Source: Octopus sinensis
Taxonomy: Eukaryota
Assembly: GCF_006345805.1 (NCBI RefSeq)
Contig: NC_043003.1
Coordinates: forward strand, 100,688,001-100,752,000
Length of the DNA: 64,000 bases
Reading direction: 5' to 3'
This document shows, one piece after another, positions 1 through 13,800 of this stretch (positions within the stretch are counted from its first letter, which is position 1; each line of letters begins with the position of its first letter). The notes under the pieces are model-generated. The model was not told the DNA's origin. It saw only the letters and a program-made list of their open reading frames with translations, and did no database searches. The translations under genes and the position numbers were made by a program.

Positions 1-1912
1 GAACAGTATAGTGATCAGGCCATCTGAAGTTTTCATCATTCAACAAGGATTACACATTCAAGCAGAGCATCTGTAGATGTATCCTTTGCTTGCTTATGTT
101 GTGCTTGCTGAATGGAATAGTAATCAATGATAGTAAACTGACCAGCTTATCAAGCAACCAATGCTTGGTACACCTTTTATAATCCCCTTCCCAATAATTT
201 GAGTGAGCAAAGGCTTCTTAGACACAAGACATTCCACCTAATTCTTTTAACTGAGATTGAAAATTGCAACACTAAAATAAATCCATTGTCATCTAGTATG
301 CATATCTGTGGATGTGTATTTCCAGCTCATCAAGTTTGCATACTTCACCACATAACCCATTGCTAAAGGACTTTGAAAGCCAAAAATGGATAATATGGGT
401 CTTTCAGTTCTTTGTTTCATACAATTCAGTGAATTAGATAGTTGTTGTTATGAGAAACATAATGTAGTGTGGTGTTTGAAAGTATCTGTACTTTGTAGAG
501 ATTAGAGTGACAAATGTTTGCATAACATAAATACCATTTCCTAAGTATCAGCTACTATGTTCCAGTGACAAGAAATTATCAAAATGATTGGTAGGATCAT
601 CAAGTGAGGTTTTATATTAGAGTTTCCTTCTTATCTTAAACAACCAAGGCAGCCCACAAGACAGTGGAGGTTTCAGTCTTTTAGATGGATCTTCTAAGTA
701 GAACTAGGGGGTCCATTATTTCTTACAAGCGCCTCTATGCCACTATGTCTTGTTACTAGGTACATGTTCATCTTATGCTGGGTACAACTGCCCTTTGACA
801 GGTTTTGTTTTTCTGCTGCTGGACAGCATTGTTTGGAGCATCATGGCTCTTTTCAACATATGATAGCTGTGATGATAGGCAGGCCTGTAGATAGTGCCAT
901 GCTTGCACTTGCAAACTAATATATTTCTCATTGAATAACAATTTTATTCTTCCACCATTTAGTCACCACCTCATAACATTATTGTAGATATTTCCTCCTC
1001 TTATTTTTCCATGATACTTTAATCAGTTCCTACCATCTACTGACATACATTTCCTTTGCCTCACACTCATTTGTTTACTCTTTCAATCTATCTATCCTAC
1101 TCTCTTTCTATCTCTCTTGCACACACATACACACAATTGTTCACTTTTTCTTTTTCTACCAATGACAAACATTTTGTAAAATCAATTATTAACCAACTGA
1201 TGTTAAAGTAACATTTATGAATATTTTAAAAGAGCCTCCAAAGGGCTCACATGAGCCAGTACATAACTCCAGTTACATGGTTTAAGAATATAAGATATAA
1301 ATTTCCACCTGGATAGAACCACAGTTTATTTCAGATGACATTCCCAGAATACCTTACACCAACTTTCAAAGAAGAAACTGAATTAAGACATACAGAAAAT
1401 GTATCTGTCAAAAACAAAAATAAAATTTAAAAACATCTTTCAATAAATTCAAACTCATAAGCGGAATTGGGATGAGGTGTTAATCCATTTTGTATCTGGT
1501 CACTTCTATTGATATCAGCAGCTAAATCTCACTGAGCCAAATGTTTAAGTGATTAAATTTAGGATAAGACAATGTACTACATTTAAAAGATATAGGAGGG
1601 CACCATGGCCAGAAATAAGACAAATAATTCTTTAATCAGCTATTTTTCATGCTGCCTTCAGTCAAGTTTTAATTCCTTTGAATTTTGGAAAGAACTGGTT
1701 TTCTTTGCCTATCTTGATCAGAATTAACCATAGAAGCTAATGATTTACTTTCTGTTTACTATGCATGTAACTTTAATTAATAATTAGACAATTTTTGCTA
1801 ATTACATTAAATATGTCAGCTTTCATTTAACTACAGAAACCATCCATTACCAGTCACTCTCTTATTTGTACAAATAGGATCAGGACAATTCAAACATAGT
1901 AACACACACACA

Positions 1913-1951
<39 letters not shown>

Positions 1952-4900
1952 ACTCACTTACTCCACCTGCATTTGCTAGCTTTCCTCAGCCTTCCTCTAT
2001 ATTTTTCCTCTCTTACTGATGCTCTCAGTCCAAGAACCAAAGGTAAACCTTACCGCATAAGAACCTATAAGAAAAGCAGCATTCACTCTCTTGCGACCAT
2101 CTAAACTGGTGTAGTGGATTATCTTCTTTCTGCTAAGGTTGGTAGACTGAAACAAAAATGTAAAATAAACATATTAGACTATTTTGTAAGACTGATACAA
2201 GGCAAACAAATATGGAAGGAAAGGATGGTGTGTGCAGTCACATAAACCAACAAGCAAATATTAACATAAAAATTATAAATATCTTAAAAGAGCCACCATT
2301 TGAACTAGTGCATAACTCCAGTTACATGGTTTTAATGCAGATGAGATATGTATTTCTCCTGGATAAAATCACAGTATATTTTAGATAACATTTTCAGATC
2401 TTACACTTATTTTCAAAAAAGGTGAATTAAGACAGAGAAAAAAAAGAGCTTCTGTTCTGATAATTATTTTATTTTACATTAGAGGGATAAAAAAAAAAGA
2501 GGTCAGCTGTACCCTGATTTAATTATACAATACAGAAGGATTAAACTAAATACACAAAGGAATTTAGTCTATCATTTTCACAAAATCGCTTCAATGAAAG
2601 AAACAATAATAAACGTGTATTTTTATGTGTATGGTGCAGGATGGAAGGGTTAACAAGTTTGTTACACAATCATGAGGTCCAAGGTTCAATTCCATTTCTT
2701 GGTATCTTGAGAGTCTTTTACCTTTGCCTCAGATCAACCCAAACCTGTGAGTGAAACTGGGTAGATAAAAATTGTGTGGAAGGCCACTGGTTGTATTGTG
2801 CCTGTAGTTCAACGGTTCAGCCTCGCATAAGTGGTCGTATGTTGATTCTGCTTGGAGGATACATGTATATACAAAATAGCCAACCACTTGCATGTAAATG
2901 CAATGAGTGGTTAGCTGAGTTGATCAAATAAGTGAACACTCGTCATTGAAATTTGTGACAATCCATTTATGGATGTTGTTCAACTCAGATCAATCCTAGT
3001 TCAACAAACATATCAAAAGTTTTTCAGCCTTGACTATTCAAAATGTCTTTCATTTGTTTAAGACAGCAGTGCATGATCCAAACAAGTTTGGCTACTGCTT
3101 ATAGCAAGTCAAATGACCACATAACAGCTTCTTTGTTAGTTCATGTGTAGGTCTGTGATCAAAAGTATTCCAGCCATGACCATCCTATCATTTTCCTATG
3201 TACAAGCAGCCCATACATTATATGTTGCAAGTGATAGAAATTTAGAATATTGTTAGTTTTGGGGTCAAATGTGGACACCTGTATCTTTAGGAATTACTCT
3301 AGGTGTTTGCTTGCTGAATTTGAGCTCATAATCTGTAGATCTATATAACCTTGCTTGACAGATATAATATCTGTCTCTCAAGCTGTAGAAACATACACAC
3401 GTTAACAGAGGCATGCATATACATACAACCATATTAACAAACACATTCACAGTACAAAAATACATTATAGAAGTGTACACACAAACACTCACTGAGACAT
3501 AGAAACATACAAACATATAAATAGATGCAAACAATTAACATTGTAGTGCACCTGAGCACTGTACACAATGTTTTTATCATTATTATTAACAGAGGTCTAT
3601 GTACTTGTTGAGACTTTTATCAATAACCTCTATTACATGAAATACAAAATCAAAACAGAAGATGGATTAGAAATTCACTTAAAATAGATTTTTAATTAAC
3701 ACCCAATGAATTAAGCTTATTAAAATACAAACTATATTCACATGCATTATATTCTGCTTTGATGAGTGATTTAGCAAAACATTTATATTTTGGTTTCCTT
3801 TTTTAAATAGAATTCCAGAACAAGAAAAAAAGAAAAAGATATACAAGTGTCCAAGTTCAAAGCAACACTTGTCTTACAGTGTGGTCAATAATTAATTTCT
3901 GATCTTCAGCAGTTTATAAGTTAAATAGTGGATACTATATCATTATGTTATTAAATTACAGGATATGTTCTGATAGTTCATCCTTATTTTAATTCTAAGT
4001 CATTCTTATACACTTCAACTTTTCCTGCTGCTCTTAGACAGGTCTAGCAAATTTACATTCTAGTTATCTTGAGGACAACTATTTTTGAACTCCTGAAAAA
4101 TTGCCTCAAGGACGATGATGAGAAGACAATTATGAGCAGAGCACATGGAGTCAAATTCCTCATTAAATAAGGGTATCTCTACACAGTTTCTCATCCTGCT
4201 AAAAGTATCAACCAAACTTTTTCCAAATCACACTCTATTGAAAGAGGAAAAAAAAAACACAGGCTGGTCACAGCTGGTGCTTTCATCAGAGATCTGCTCA
4301 TCCTGGGCTAATTTAGGATTAACCAACACTATTTATCATTAACTTAATGGGCAGTGACAGTAAAATCATTATCATGATTTAAATTGTTATACTAACTCCC
4401 AGCTCTCAAACATTTTAAAAACTTGCCCAAGTGAAATTCTTGGTGGCATAAATAAATTAAAATAGCTTCAAGCAGTAATCAAAACTAAGTTGTGGACTTG
4501 ACACATCAAGAACTTATATACTCAATACTGCATTCCACACTGGCGTACAAGTTTAGATATGTTGGTGTGAGTCAAATGAATGAATCAGCTTAAAGATCTG
4601 GAAGATATTGAGAGCTATATCATTTGAGTGCCAGTAACGTGTTTGGTGATTCACATCATATCACAAACATAATATTGTATCTATAGTCAGAACATTTAGC
4701 TCTTAACAATCCACCAAGATTAAAGTAGGTACTGCAGGTGAGAGAGTTCATTTCTGTGCTCTCCAATACCAATTTGTTGGTCTTCAATACAAGGCTCAAT
4801 TCCTGTTGTAGGAAAGCCATCTGCCACACACTAGCGTCCTCGTCAATTAAATTATAATCTCTTATCTGCTTAACACCACAGAAACTACAGATAAGTACTA

Positions 4901-5760
4901 AATCCATGGATTTTTTAGGTTAGAAAAGAATTAGGTCATAACTGTTTGTTTCAAATAGGCTGCAGACGTTTTGTTGTGCATTTGAATTATTCACCTATTT
5001 TAAATGAATGTCATGGAGAGATATTAGATCACCAGGGAATGGCTACAATAGACAGGTGTTTTATCCTGGAACTCCTCAGGACTAAGATCATTAAACCAGA
5101 ATTAAGTACTAACTTTTAATACATTTCTTGGGCTTGAGGGAATAAACATAGATAACTGGCAGGAAACTAACAGAGTTGGTTGAATGTCTGATAGAACGAA
5201 CACCTCACAATATTTGTTCTGCCTCTCTGCATTCTGAGTTTAAATCCTGCTCAGGTCAACTTTATCGTTCATCTTTTCAGGTTTCATCAAAAATAAAGTA
5301 CCATCCTAGAATGAGGGACTGACAGAAATGCAAGAACATTGAACTGGATACCGTGTGGTATTTGTTCTGACTTTCTGCATTTAAATTCAGCCATGGCCTA
5401 AGAGAGTAGCACACTTAATCTGTTTTAGTTTCATAATACCTCTATGACACTGTGGGTGACTTAGATTCACTCCATTGCAAGCATTCAGGCCAGGTTTTCA
5501 ATTTGAGAATATATTCCTCCTTCTCTCCCATCAGTCCTGTAAAAAGTTACAAGCAATGCCTTCCCACCTGACTAAAAATTGTTAAAATAAAATAAAATAT
5601 AGGCAACCATTTGAAATGTATCATATTGAATATTTTAATGAACACAACAAATTGATAGACAGCAGAAAGTGTGCGTGTGTGTGTGTGTGCGCGCATGCAC
5701 ATGCTTGCATATGTATGCTTTTTTTTCTATTTCCAATTGTTTGAAATTTTCCTGTAAGTA

Positions 5761-6420
5761 TGAAACTGGCTTGTAACAGGAGTACAAAACCCCATCATTG
5801 GAATGTAGATAACAAAAACAATGACAAAGTTGTTGACCACTTCACTTATCTGGGCAGTAAGATTCATAGTGGAATTACCTATGAGTCTGAAGTCCTAAAA
5901 AGACTTACATGAGTTGGTGCAGTTATGGACTCATTTAACAAGGGTGTTTGGCACAGCCAATGTATAAGGACAAGGGTTCAGGTTTTTAGGTCTCTGGTCC
6001 ACCCTGTCCTGCTCTATGTTTGTGAGACTTGGACACTGTCTGGGGCCCATAGGAGCCACCTGAACATCTTTGGAGTCAAGACACTTTGCAGGATTAGGAG
6101 TAACCATTGGCAGGATTTCAACTTCAGCCAACAACTCTACTCAGAAACTGGGATGTATCCTGTTGCATATATGATTTCAGAGTGTCAGCTCAGACAGTTT
6201 GAACATGATGCTCAATTTTCTGTGTTAGACCTTGCTTACCATGTTCTTTTCACTGACAATCCAGCTGAGTTACTGGCCATGGTAGATGAGGAGGTATCTC
6301 ATGGCAAAGGGGACTGACTGGGACTCTGCTCAATGAGTTAACCGGGAAGACCTGGGAATATACCGACAAATAGTGAATGCAGCAATGTGCTGCAATGGTA
6401 TATGCCCCATACCTGACTTA
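5761..6420 (+). mobile_element. Old 5'-truncated RTE-clade LINE fragment (C-terminal RT/thumb region)
   Basis: Translates to VDHFTYLGSKI and RVQVFRSLVHPVLLYVCETWTL...RQFEH, matching the RTE consensus F.YLGS / LLYG.ETWT / LR..GH; degenerate. Confidence 0.75.
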
Positions 6421-6569
6421 TATTTCATTTGTTAATAGGAGTTAGAAAACTGTATGTGTAAGAGAAACATTTAAGATATCTCCTACATATACAATTTTGT
6501 AAGTCTTATTAGCAAATGAAACACAAGTAATGGTGAATAGATAATATCAAAAGATTTTTCCCATTTCCT

Positions 6570-6810
6570 GTTTTGATATATGTATATATGTATATATATA
6601 TATATATAATATTAATTCGAGACAATTAATATTATATAATATTTTACTATAAAATTGGATTTAATCCTAAATCTGATTTTTTCCCTGTAAATTTGGATTT
6701 ATTCCCTAATATTTATTATTATTATATATATATATATATATATGTATTTTATATAATATATATTTATATATATATATATATTTATATATATATGTATTAT
6801 ATATAATATT

Positions 6811-6841
<31 letters not shown>

Positions 6842-7026
6842 GTATTTATATATATATATGTATTTATATATATATATGTATTTATATATATATGTATTTA
6901 TATATATATATATATTAATATATATATATTTATATATATATGTATTTATATTATATATTATATTTATATATATATATTATTTATATATATATATATATAT
7001 TATTTATATATATTATATATATATAG

Positions 7027-7074
<48 letters not shown>

Positions 7075-7092
7075 TTATATATATATTATATA

Positions 7093-7133
<41 letters not shown>

Positions 7134-7203
7134 TTATATTATATATATATATATTTAATATATATATATAATTTATATATATATATATATATATATGTAT
7201 TTA

Positions 7204-7255
<52 letters not shown>

Positions 7256-7365
7256 ATATATATATATGTATTTATATATATATATATATTTATAATATAT
7301 ATATATATATATAATATTATATTTATATATATATATATATATATATATGTATTTATATTATATAT

Positions 7366-7397
<32 letters not shown>

Positions 7398-7727
7398 GTA
7401 TTTATATATATTTATATATATATATATATATATATGTATTTATATTATATATATATTTATATATATATATATATATATATATAGATGTATTTATATAATA
7501 TATGTATTTATATATATATATATATTATATTATATATATATAATATATATTATATTTATATATATATATGTATTTATATATATATATATTTATATATATA
7601 TATATATATATATGTATTTATATATATATATGTATTATATATATATATATATATATAGATGTATTTATATATATATATGTTTTATATATATATATATATA
7701 TATTTATATTATATATATATATGTATT

Positions 7728-7758
<31 letters not shown>

Positions 7759-7789
7759 ATATATATATGTGTTTATATATATATATATT

Positions 7790-7824
<35 letters not shown>

Positions 7825-7888
7825 ATATGTATTTATATATATATATATATTTATATATATATTATATATATATATATATATAATGTAT

Positions 7889-7919
<31 letters not shown>

Positions 7920-7937
7920 ATATTATATATATGTATT

Positions 7938-7968
<31 letters not shown>

Positions 7969-8298
7969 ATTTATATATATATATATATATATATGTATTT
8001 ATATATATATTATATTTATATATATATATATAATATATATATGTATTTATATATATATATATATATTAATATATATATATATATATATGTATTTATATAT
8101 ATATATATATATGTATTTATATATATATATATATATGTATTTATATATAATATTATATTTATATATATATATTATATATATATTTATATATATATATATT
8201 TAATATATTTATATATATATATTTATATATATATTTATATATATATATATATATATTATTATATAATATATATAATATATTATATATATATAATATAT

Positions 8299-8333
<35 letters not shown>

Positions 8334-8375
8334 ATTATATATATATATTATTATATATATATTTATATATGTATT

Positions 8376-8447
<72 letters not shown>

Positions 8448-8549
8448 ATATATATGTATTTATTATATATATATATTATATATATATTATATTTATATAT
8501 ATATATATATATAATTTATATATATATATATATTTATATATTATATATT

Positions 8550-8644
<95 letters not shown>

Positions 8645-8699
8645 ATATATATATATATATTTATATATATTTATATATATTTTATATATATATATTATA

Positions 8700-8740
<41 letters not shown>

Positions 8741-8741
8741 T

Positions 8742-8774
<33 letters not shown>

Positions 8775-8801
8775 TTTATATATTTATATTATATATATAT
8801 T

Positions 8802-8836
<35 letters not shown>

Positions 8837-8853
8837 TTATAATATATATATAT

Positions 8854-8940
<87 letters not shown>
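6570..8940. repeat. ~2.4-kb imperfect (TA)n microsatellite
   Basis: Directly visible; source of the YI-rich pseudo-ORFs. Confidence 0.98.
6610..6725 (+). repeat. ~110-bp terminal module of a PLE-like repeat (other copies 9240-9330 on +, 23715-23805 on -)
   Basis: ataatattttactataaaattggatttaatcctaaatctgattttttccctgtaaatttggatttattccctaatattt recurs three times, always flanked by (TA)n; the 9240 copy is contiguous with a hammerhead-bearing arm. Confidence 0.7.
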
Positions 8941-8941
<1 letters not shown>

Positions 8942-9033
8942 AAATATTATTCGAGACAAAACCACTATTTTGCAAAACAAACAAGGAAGACTTAATTAAT
9001 ACATAAAATTTTAATAAATAGTCAAAAAAACCG

Positions 9034-9076
9034 CCACTACAATCGTTTCTTGTCTTGATCGACAATCTTCAGGTGG
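9034..9076 (-). ncRNA. Minimal type I hammerhead ribozyme motif (minus-strand copy)
   Basis: Reverse complement reads CCAC-CTGAAGA-TTGTC-gatcaa-GACAA-GAAAC-gatt-GTA-GTGG. Confidence 0.8.
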
Positions 9077-9105
9077 ACTTCCAATAATTCAGAATTATTG
9101 GAAGT

Positions 9106-9148
9106 CCACCTGAAGATTGTCGATCAAGACAAGAAACGATTGTAGTGG
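9106..9148 (+). ncRNA. Minimal type I hammerhead ribozyme motif
   Basis: CCAC CTGAAGA TTGTC gatcaa GACAA GAAAC gatt GTA GTGG: stem I CCAC/GTGG, core CUGAAGA...GAAA, 5-bp stem II, GUA cleavage triplet. Confidence 0.8.
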
Positions 9149-9323
9149 CGTTTTTTTTGACTATTTATTAAAATTTTATGTATTAATTAAGTCTTTCCTT
9201 GTTGTTTTGCAAATAGTGGTTTTGTCTCGAATAATATTTTATAATATTTTACTATAAAATCGATTTAATCCTAAATCTGATTTTTTCCCTGTAAATTTGG
9301 ATTTATTCCCTAATATTTATCAT

Positions 9324-9360
<37 letters not shown>

Positions 9361-9369
9361 ATAATTTCA

Positions 9370-9725
9370 TCTTTTATTTGTGTCAGTCATTGAACTGTGG
9401 CCAAGCTGGGTTTTTGGTGAGATGAATTAACACCAGTACTTTTTCTTTAAAGCCTGGTGCTTATTCTATCTTTTGCCAAGCCACTGAGTTATGGAGACAT
9501 ACTCAAACCAACACTGCTTCTTAAGCAATGGTGGGGACAAACACATACACAATCACGCACACACACACACATGACAGGCTTCTTTCAGTTTATATCTACC
9601 AAATCCACTTGCAAAGCTTTGGTCAGTCCAAAGATATAGTAGAAAACACTTGCTCAAGGTGCCAAACAATGGGACTGAACCTGGAATCATGCAGTTGGGA
9701 AACAAGTTTCTTATCCCACAGCCAT
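9370..9725 (-). mobile_element. tRNA-derived SINE of the octopus type
   Basis: Minus strand starts with an A-box-like tggctgtggga and B-box-like ggttcagtccc, then the ggcaccttgagcaagtgttttctactat core, an internal (TG) run and an aataagcaccaggc tail; related copies elsewhere in the window. Confidence 0.8.
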
Positions 9726-9961
9726 GACAAAGCAATGAATAGATTCATATGGTAAAGATAACCACAATTTTTTTCAAGTGATCCATTTGGGAATCATCTC
9801 CATTTTGGAGAGGATTACTAACATTCCCAAATGGATTGCTTGACAATTGTGGAGATCTGTTCCTCTAAGAAACCATTGGTTGCCTTGTTGATCCACAAAA
9901 TATTTATCCACTAATATGGGATTGAGCACTCATTCTCACTGTCTGTGTGCATATATATATA

Positions 9962-10864
9962 TGAGGTGGTATCAAAAAGTTCCTGGACTAGATATGTTTA
10001 ATATAAAATAACTCATCTATCTACATTTTGACATAATCTCCTTTGAAATAGTCACCTTGCGCAGCAATACACCAGTCCCAACATTCCTGCCCCTTTTGGA
10101 ATCCAGCCTGGAAGTTGTTTTCCATAAGCAAGTTGAGGACCTTCTGCAATTCATTCTTGATCTTGACAACAGTGTTAAAACGGCAGCCTTTGAGCTGCAT
10201 TTTCATCATGGGGAAGAGATGGAAGTCAGCAGGTGCCAAATCTTGAAAATAGGGTGGGTGCAGAAGCGATATCATGTTGCTTTTGGCTACAAAATCATGA
10301 GTGAGGAGAGCTTGGTGATGGGGTGCATTGCATCATGAAGTATCCAATTCTTCACACTCCACAGATGTGGTTAGTTTCACCAAATGTCTTCCCCCAAATA
10401 CTTCAAAACATTGCAGTAGAACTCTCAGCTGAGAGTCTGACTCTGGTGCACAATTTCTTGATACACAATACCACAGATGTCAAAAAACCAATGAGCATAT
10501 TCTTGATTGAGCTGTGGATCTTTTGAAGCACCTTTACCACTTGAAACATTGCGTTATGACTCATTACTTCATCACTGTAAGCATGCCAAAGCATGCTCAA
10601 TGTCTCTGTAGCAGACTTTCCAAGTTTAATCCCAAATTTCATGTTGGCTCTTTGTTCAACTTTCTGTCCATGACAAAAATCACAGACTACAGCATACATG
10701 TGATCACAAAAGCAAATTTCACAACTTGTAAAGTAAATACAGTTATGTCACTCAGAGCACTGCCTCATGAAAGTCACTGCTAGCTTTCACTGTGCACACA
10801 ACCGTATGCTGTCATCTGTTGGTGTGCTACAGAACCAGTCCAGGAACTTTTTGATAACACCTCA
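9962..10864 (-). mobile_element. Internally deleted mariner DNA transposon
   Basis: TIRs tgaggtggtatcaaaaagttcctggact / agtccaggaactttttgataacacctca flanked by TA; remnants EQRANMKFGIKLGKSATET (HTH) and HPPYFQDLAPADFHLFP (YSPDLAP motif). Confidence 0.92.
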
Positions 10865-10868
10865 TATA

Positions 10869-13800
10869 TATCATCATCATCATCATCATTTAGCGTCCGT
10901 TTTCCATGCTAGCATGGGTTGGACGGTTCTACTGGGGTCTGTGAAGCCAGAAGGCTTCATCAGGCCCAGTCAAATCTGGCAGTGTTTCTACGGCTGGATG
11001 CCCTTCCTAACACCAACCACTCCGTGAGTGTAGTGGGTGCTTTTTACGTGCCACCCGCACTGGTGCCAGACAGAGCTGGCAAACGGCCACGAACGGATGG
11101 TGCTTTTTATGTGCCACCGGCACGAGGGCCAGGCGAGGCTGGCAACGGACACGAAACGGGGCGGTGCTGGCAACGGTCGCGAAACGGAAAGTTCTCTTAC
11201 ATGCCACCGGCACTGGTAACACATCTGCAATTTCCATTGATCGATTTCCATTGATCGATTTCGATTCTGATCCTCACTTGCCTCAATGGGTCTTCACAAG
11301 CAGAGTTTCGACATGCCACCGGCACTGGTAGCACATCCGCAATTTCCATTGATCGATTTCGATTCTGATCCTCACTTGCCTCAACACGTCTTCACAAGTA
11401 GAGTTTTGTGTCCCAAGAAGGGAAGGTATGCATACGTAGGCTGGCTCCATCCCATGTAGAAGGCCACGGGTTGTGGACTCACTTGTCCTGCCGGGTCTTC
11501 TCGCGCACAGCACACTTCCAGAGGTCTCGGTCTCTAGTCATTTCCTCAGTGAGACCTAAAGTTCGAAGGTCGTGCTTCACCACCTCGTCCCAGGTTTTCC
11601 TGGGTCTGCCTCTTCCACAGGTTCCCTCAACCGCTAGGGTGTGGCACTTTTTCACACAACTATCTTCATCCATTCTCGCCACATGACCATACCAGCGCAA
11701 ACGTCTCTCTTGCACACCACAACTGATGCTTCTTAGGTCCAGCTTTTCTCTCAAGGTACTTACACTCTGCCGAGTGTGAGTACCGGCATTACACATCCAT
11801 CGGAGCATACTGGCTTCATTTCTAGCGAGCTTACGCATATCCTCAGCAGTCACGGCCCATGTTTCACTGCCATGTAGCATGGCTGTTCGTACACACGCAT
11901 CATACAGTCTGCCTTTCACTCTGTGCGAGAGGCCTTTTGTCACCAGCAGAGGTAAGAGCTCTCTGAACTTTGCCCAAGCTATTCTTACTCTAGCAGTTAC
12001 ACTTTCAGCACACCCACCCCCGCTGCTGACTTGGTCACCTAGGTAACGGAAACTATCAACTATTTCTAGTTTTTCTCCCTGGAAAGTGACGGAAGTTGGT
12101 CTCAGAGCATTTTCAGTGTTTATTGTTCCTGAGCATCTGCCACATACAAAAACCATCTTCCTAGTTAGCCTTCCTTTGACATTGCTGCATCTCTTATGTG
12201 TCCATAGCTTACACTTGGTGCATCTTATAGAGTTTCTACCTACACCTTTTCTACAGATCGAGCAGGGCCATCTACCTGAAGGTGTTTGTGATTTGTCTAC
12301 CTTCCTACTGATTACGACTTTGGTTTTAGCTAGATTGACTCTGAGGCCCTTCGATTCTAATCCTTGTTTCCACACCTGAAACTTCTCCTCCAGTTCTGAT
12401 AGCGACTCAGCAATTAGAGCAAGGTCATCAGCATAGAGGAGCTCCCAAGGGCATCCTGTCTTGAATTCCTCCGTTATTGCCTGGAGGACTATGATAAATA
12501 GGAGGGGGCTGAGTACTGAGCCTTGGTGGACCCCTACCTCTACCCGGAATTCTTCACTGTACTCATTTCCAACCCTCACCCTACTAGCGGCGTCCCTATA
12601 CATGGCCCGCACAGCTCTCACTAACCATTCATCTATCCCTAGTTTTCTCATTGCCCACCAGATAAGGGATCGGGGGACCCTGTCGAAGGCTTTCTCCATG
12701 TCAACAAAAGCCAGGTACAGGGGCTTATCTTTGGCTAGGTATTTCTCCTGCAGCTGCCTTACCAGGAATATAGCATCAGTAGTACTTTTCCCTGGCACAA
12801 ACCCAAACTGCATCTCATCTAAACTAACTCTCTCTCTAATTAGTTGGGCTATGACCCTCTCCGTAACCTTCATCACCTGGTCCAACAGCTTGATACCTCT
12901 GTAGTTATTTGTATCTAGGGCATCACCTTTACCTTTGTAGCAGTTGACTATTATACTGCTACACCAGTCATTGGGTATGACCCCTTTGTGTATCACCTGA
13001 TTAACTATATGGGTGACTAGGCTATAGCCGACACTACCAGACATTTTGAGCATCTCTGCAGTGATTCCTGATGGGCCTGGGGCTTTCCCTGTCTTCATGC
13101 TTCTAATTGCCTTAGCTACCACAGAACTATCAACTCGGATAGCTGGTCCCTCTGTTGGGTCAACATTCGGCAGACTCTCTTTATCCCATTCATTTTCTTC
13201 ATTCAGCAACCTTTCATAGTGGCATCTCCAAACCTCTCTCTTCACATCCTCATTTAGCGCAAGTGAACCATCTTCCATGCGAACACACTTCTCTCCTACC
13301 ACATCACGATTCTCTCTCAAACACTGTCTTGCAACACGAAACACCTCCAGTCTTTGGTCCTCACGGCGCAGAACATTGGCAAATTTTTTCTTATCTGCTT
13401 CCCCTCTGGCTAAATAAACCTGTCTCCTAGCTTCTCTTTTGGCAGTCTGATACAATTCCCTGCTACCCCCATTTTTCCAGACCTTCCAAGCCTGTCTCTT
13501 TTCTCTAATAGCCCTGTCTACAATATTGTTCCACCACCACGTTATTCTAGGTCGAGAGGGGACTTTGCACCAGCCACAGATCTGGTCAGTGGCTCTCAGC
13601 AGGTTGTCCCTTAGAAACGTCCAGCTGTCTTCTACCCCCTGTGATGCTCTATCCCCTTCTACTTCGTCAGAGGCTTCAAGTAATATGTCCCTAAATCTCT
13701 GTCCATTTGCAGGATCTTTAAGCTTCCAGATCCTTCTTCTCCATATTTGTCGTCTTCTGGTTGTCCTCCTAGTCCTGATCCTAAAGTCACTAACTACCAG

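Larger units (their letters stand above)
8941..9330. mobile_element. Inverted PLE pseudo-LTR pair: 150-bp arms (8941-9090 / 9092-9240) with a 1-nt loop, plus 3' module
   Basis: Arms are reverse complements, differing mainly by homopolymer indels; each carries a hammerhead motif; embedded in (TA)n. Confidence 0.75.

Noticed and set aside
4080-4340. Weak resemblance to a Gypsy integrase-proximal region
   Set aside because: Only scattered residues match, with stops; no LTR or diagnostic motif.
6840-8842. Long ORFs rich in Y/I (also at 57-63 kb and elsewhere)
   Set aside because: Translations of (TA)n microsatellite, which lacks stop codons in some frames.
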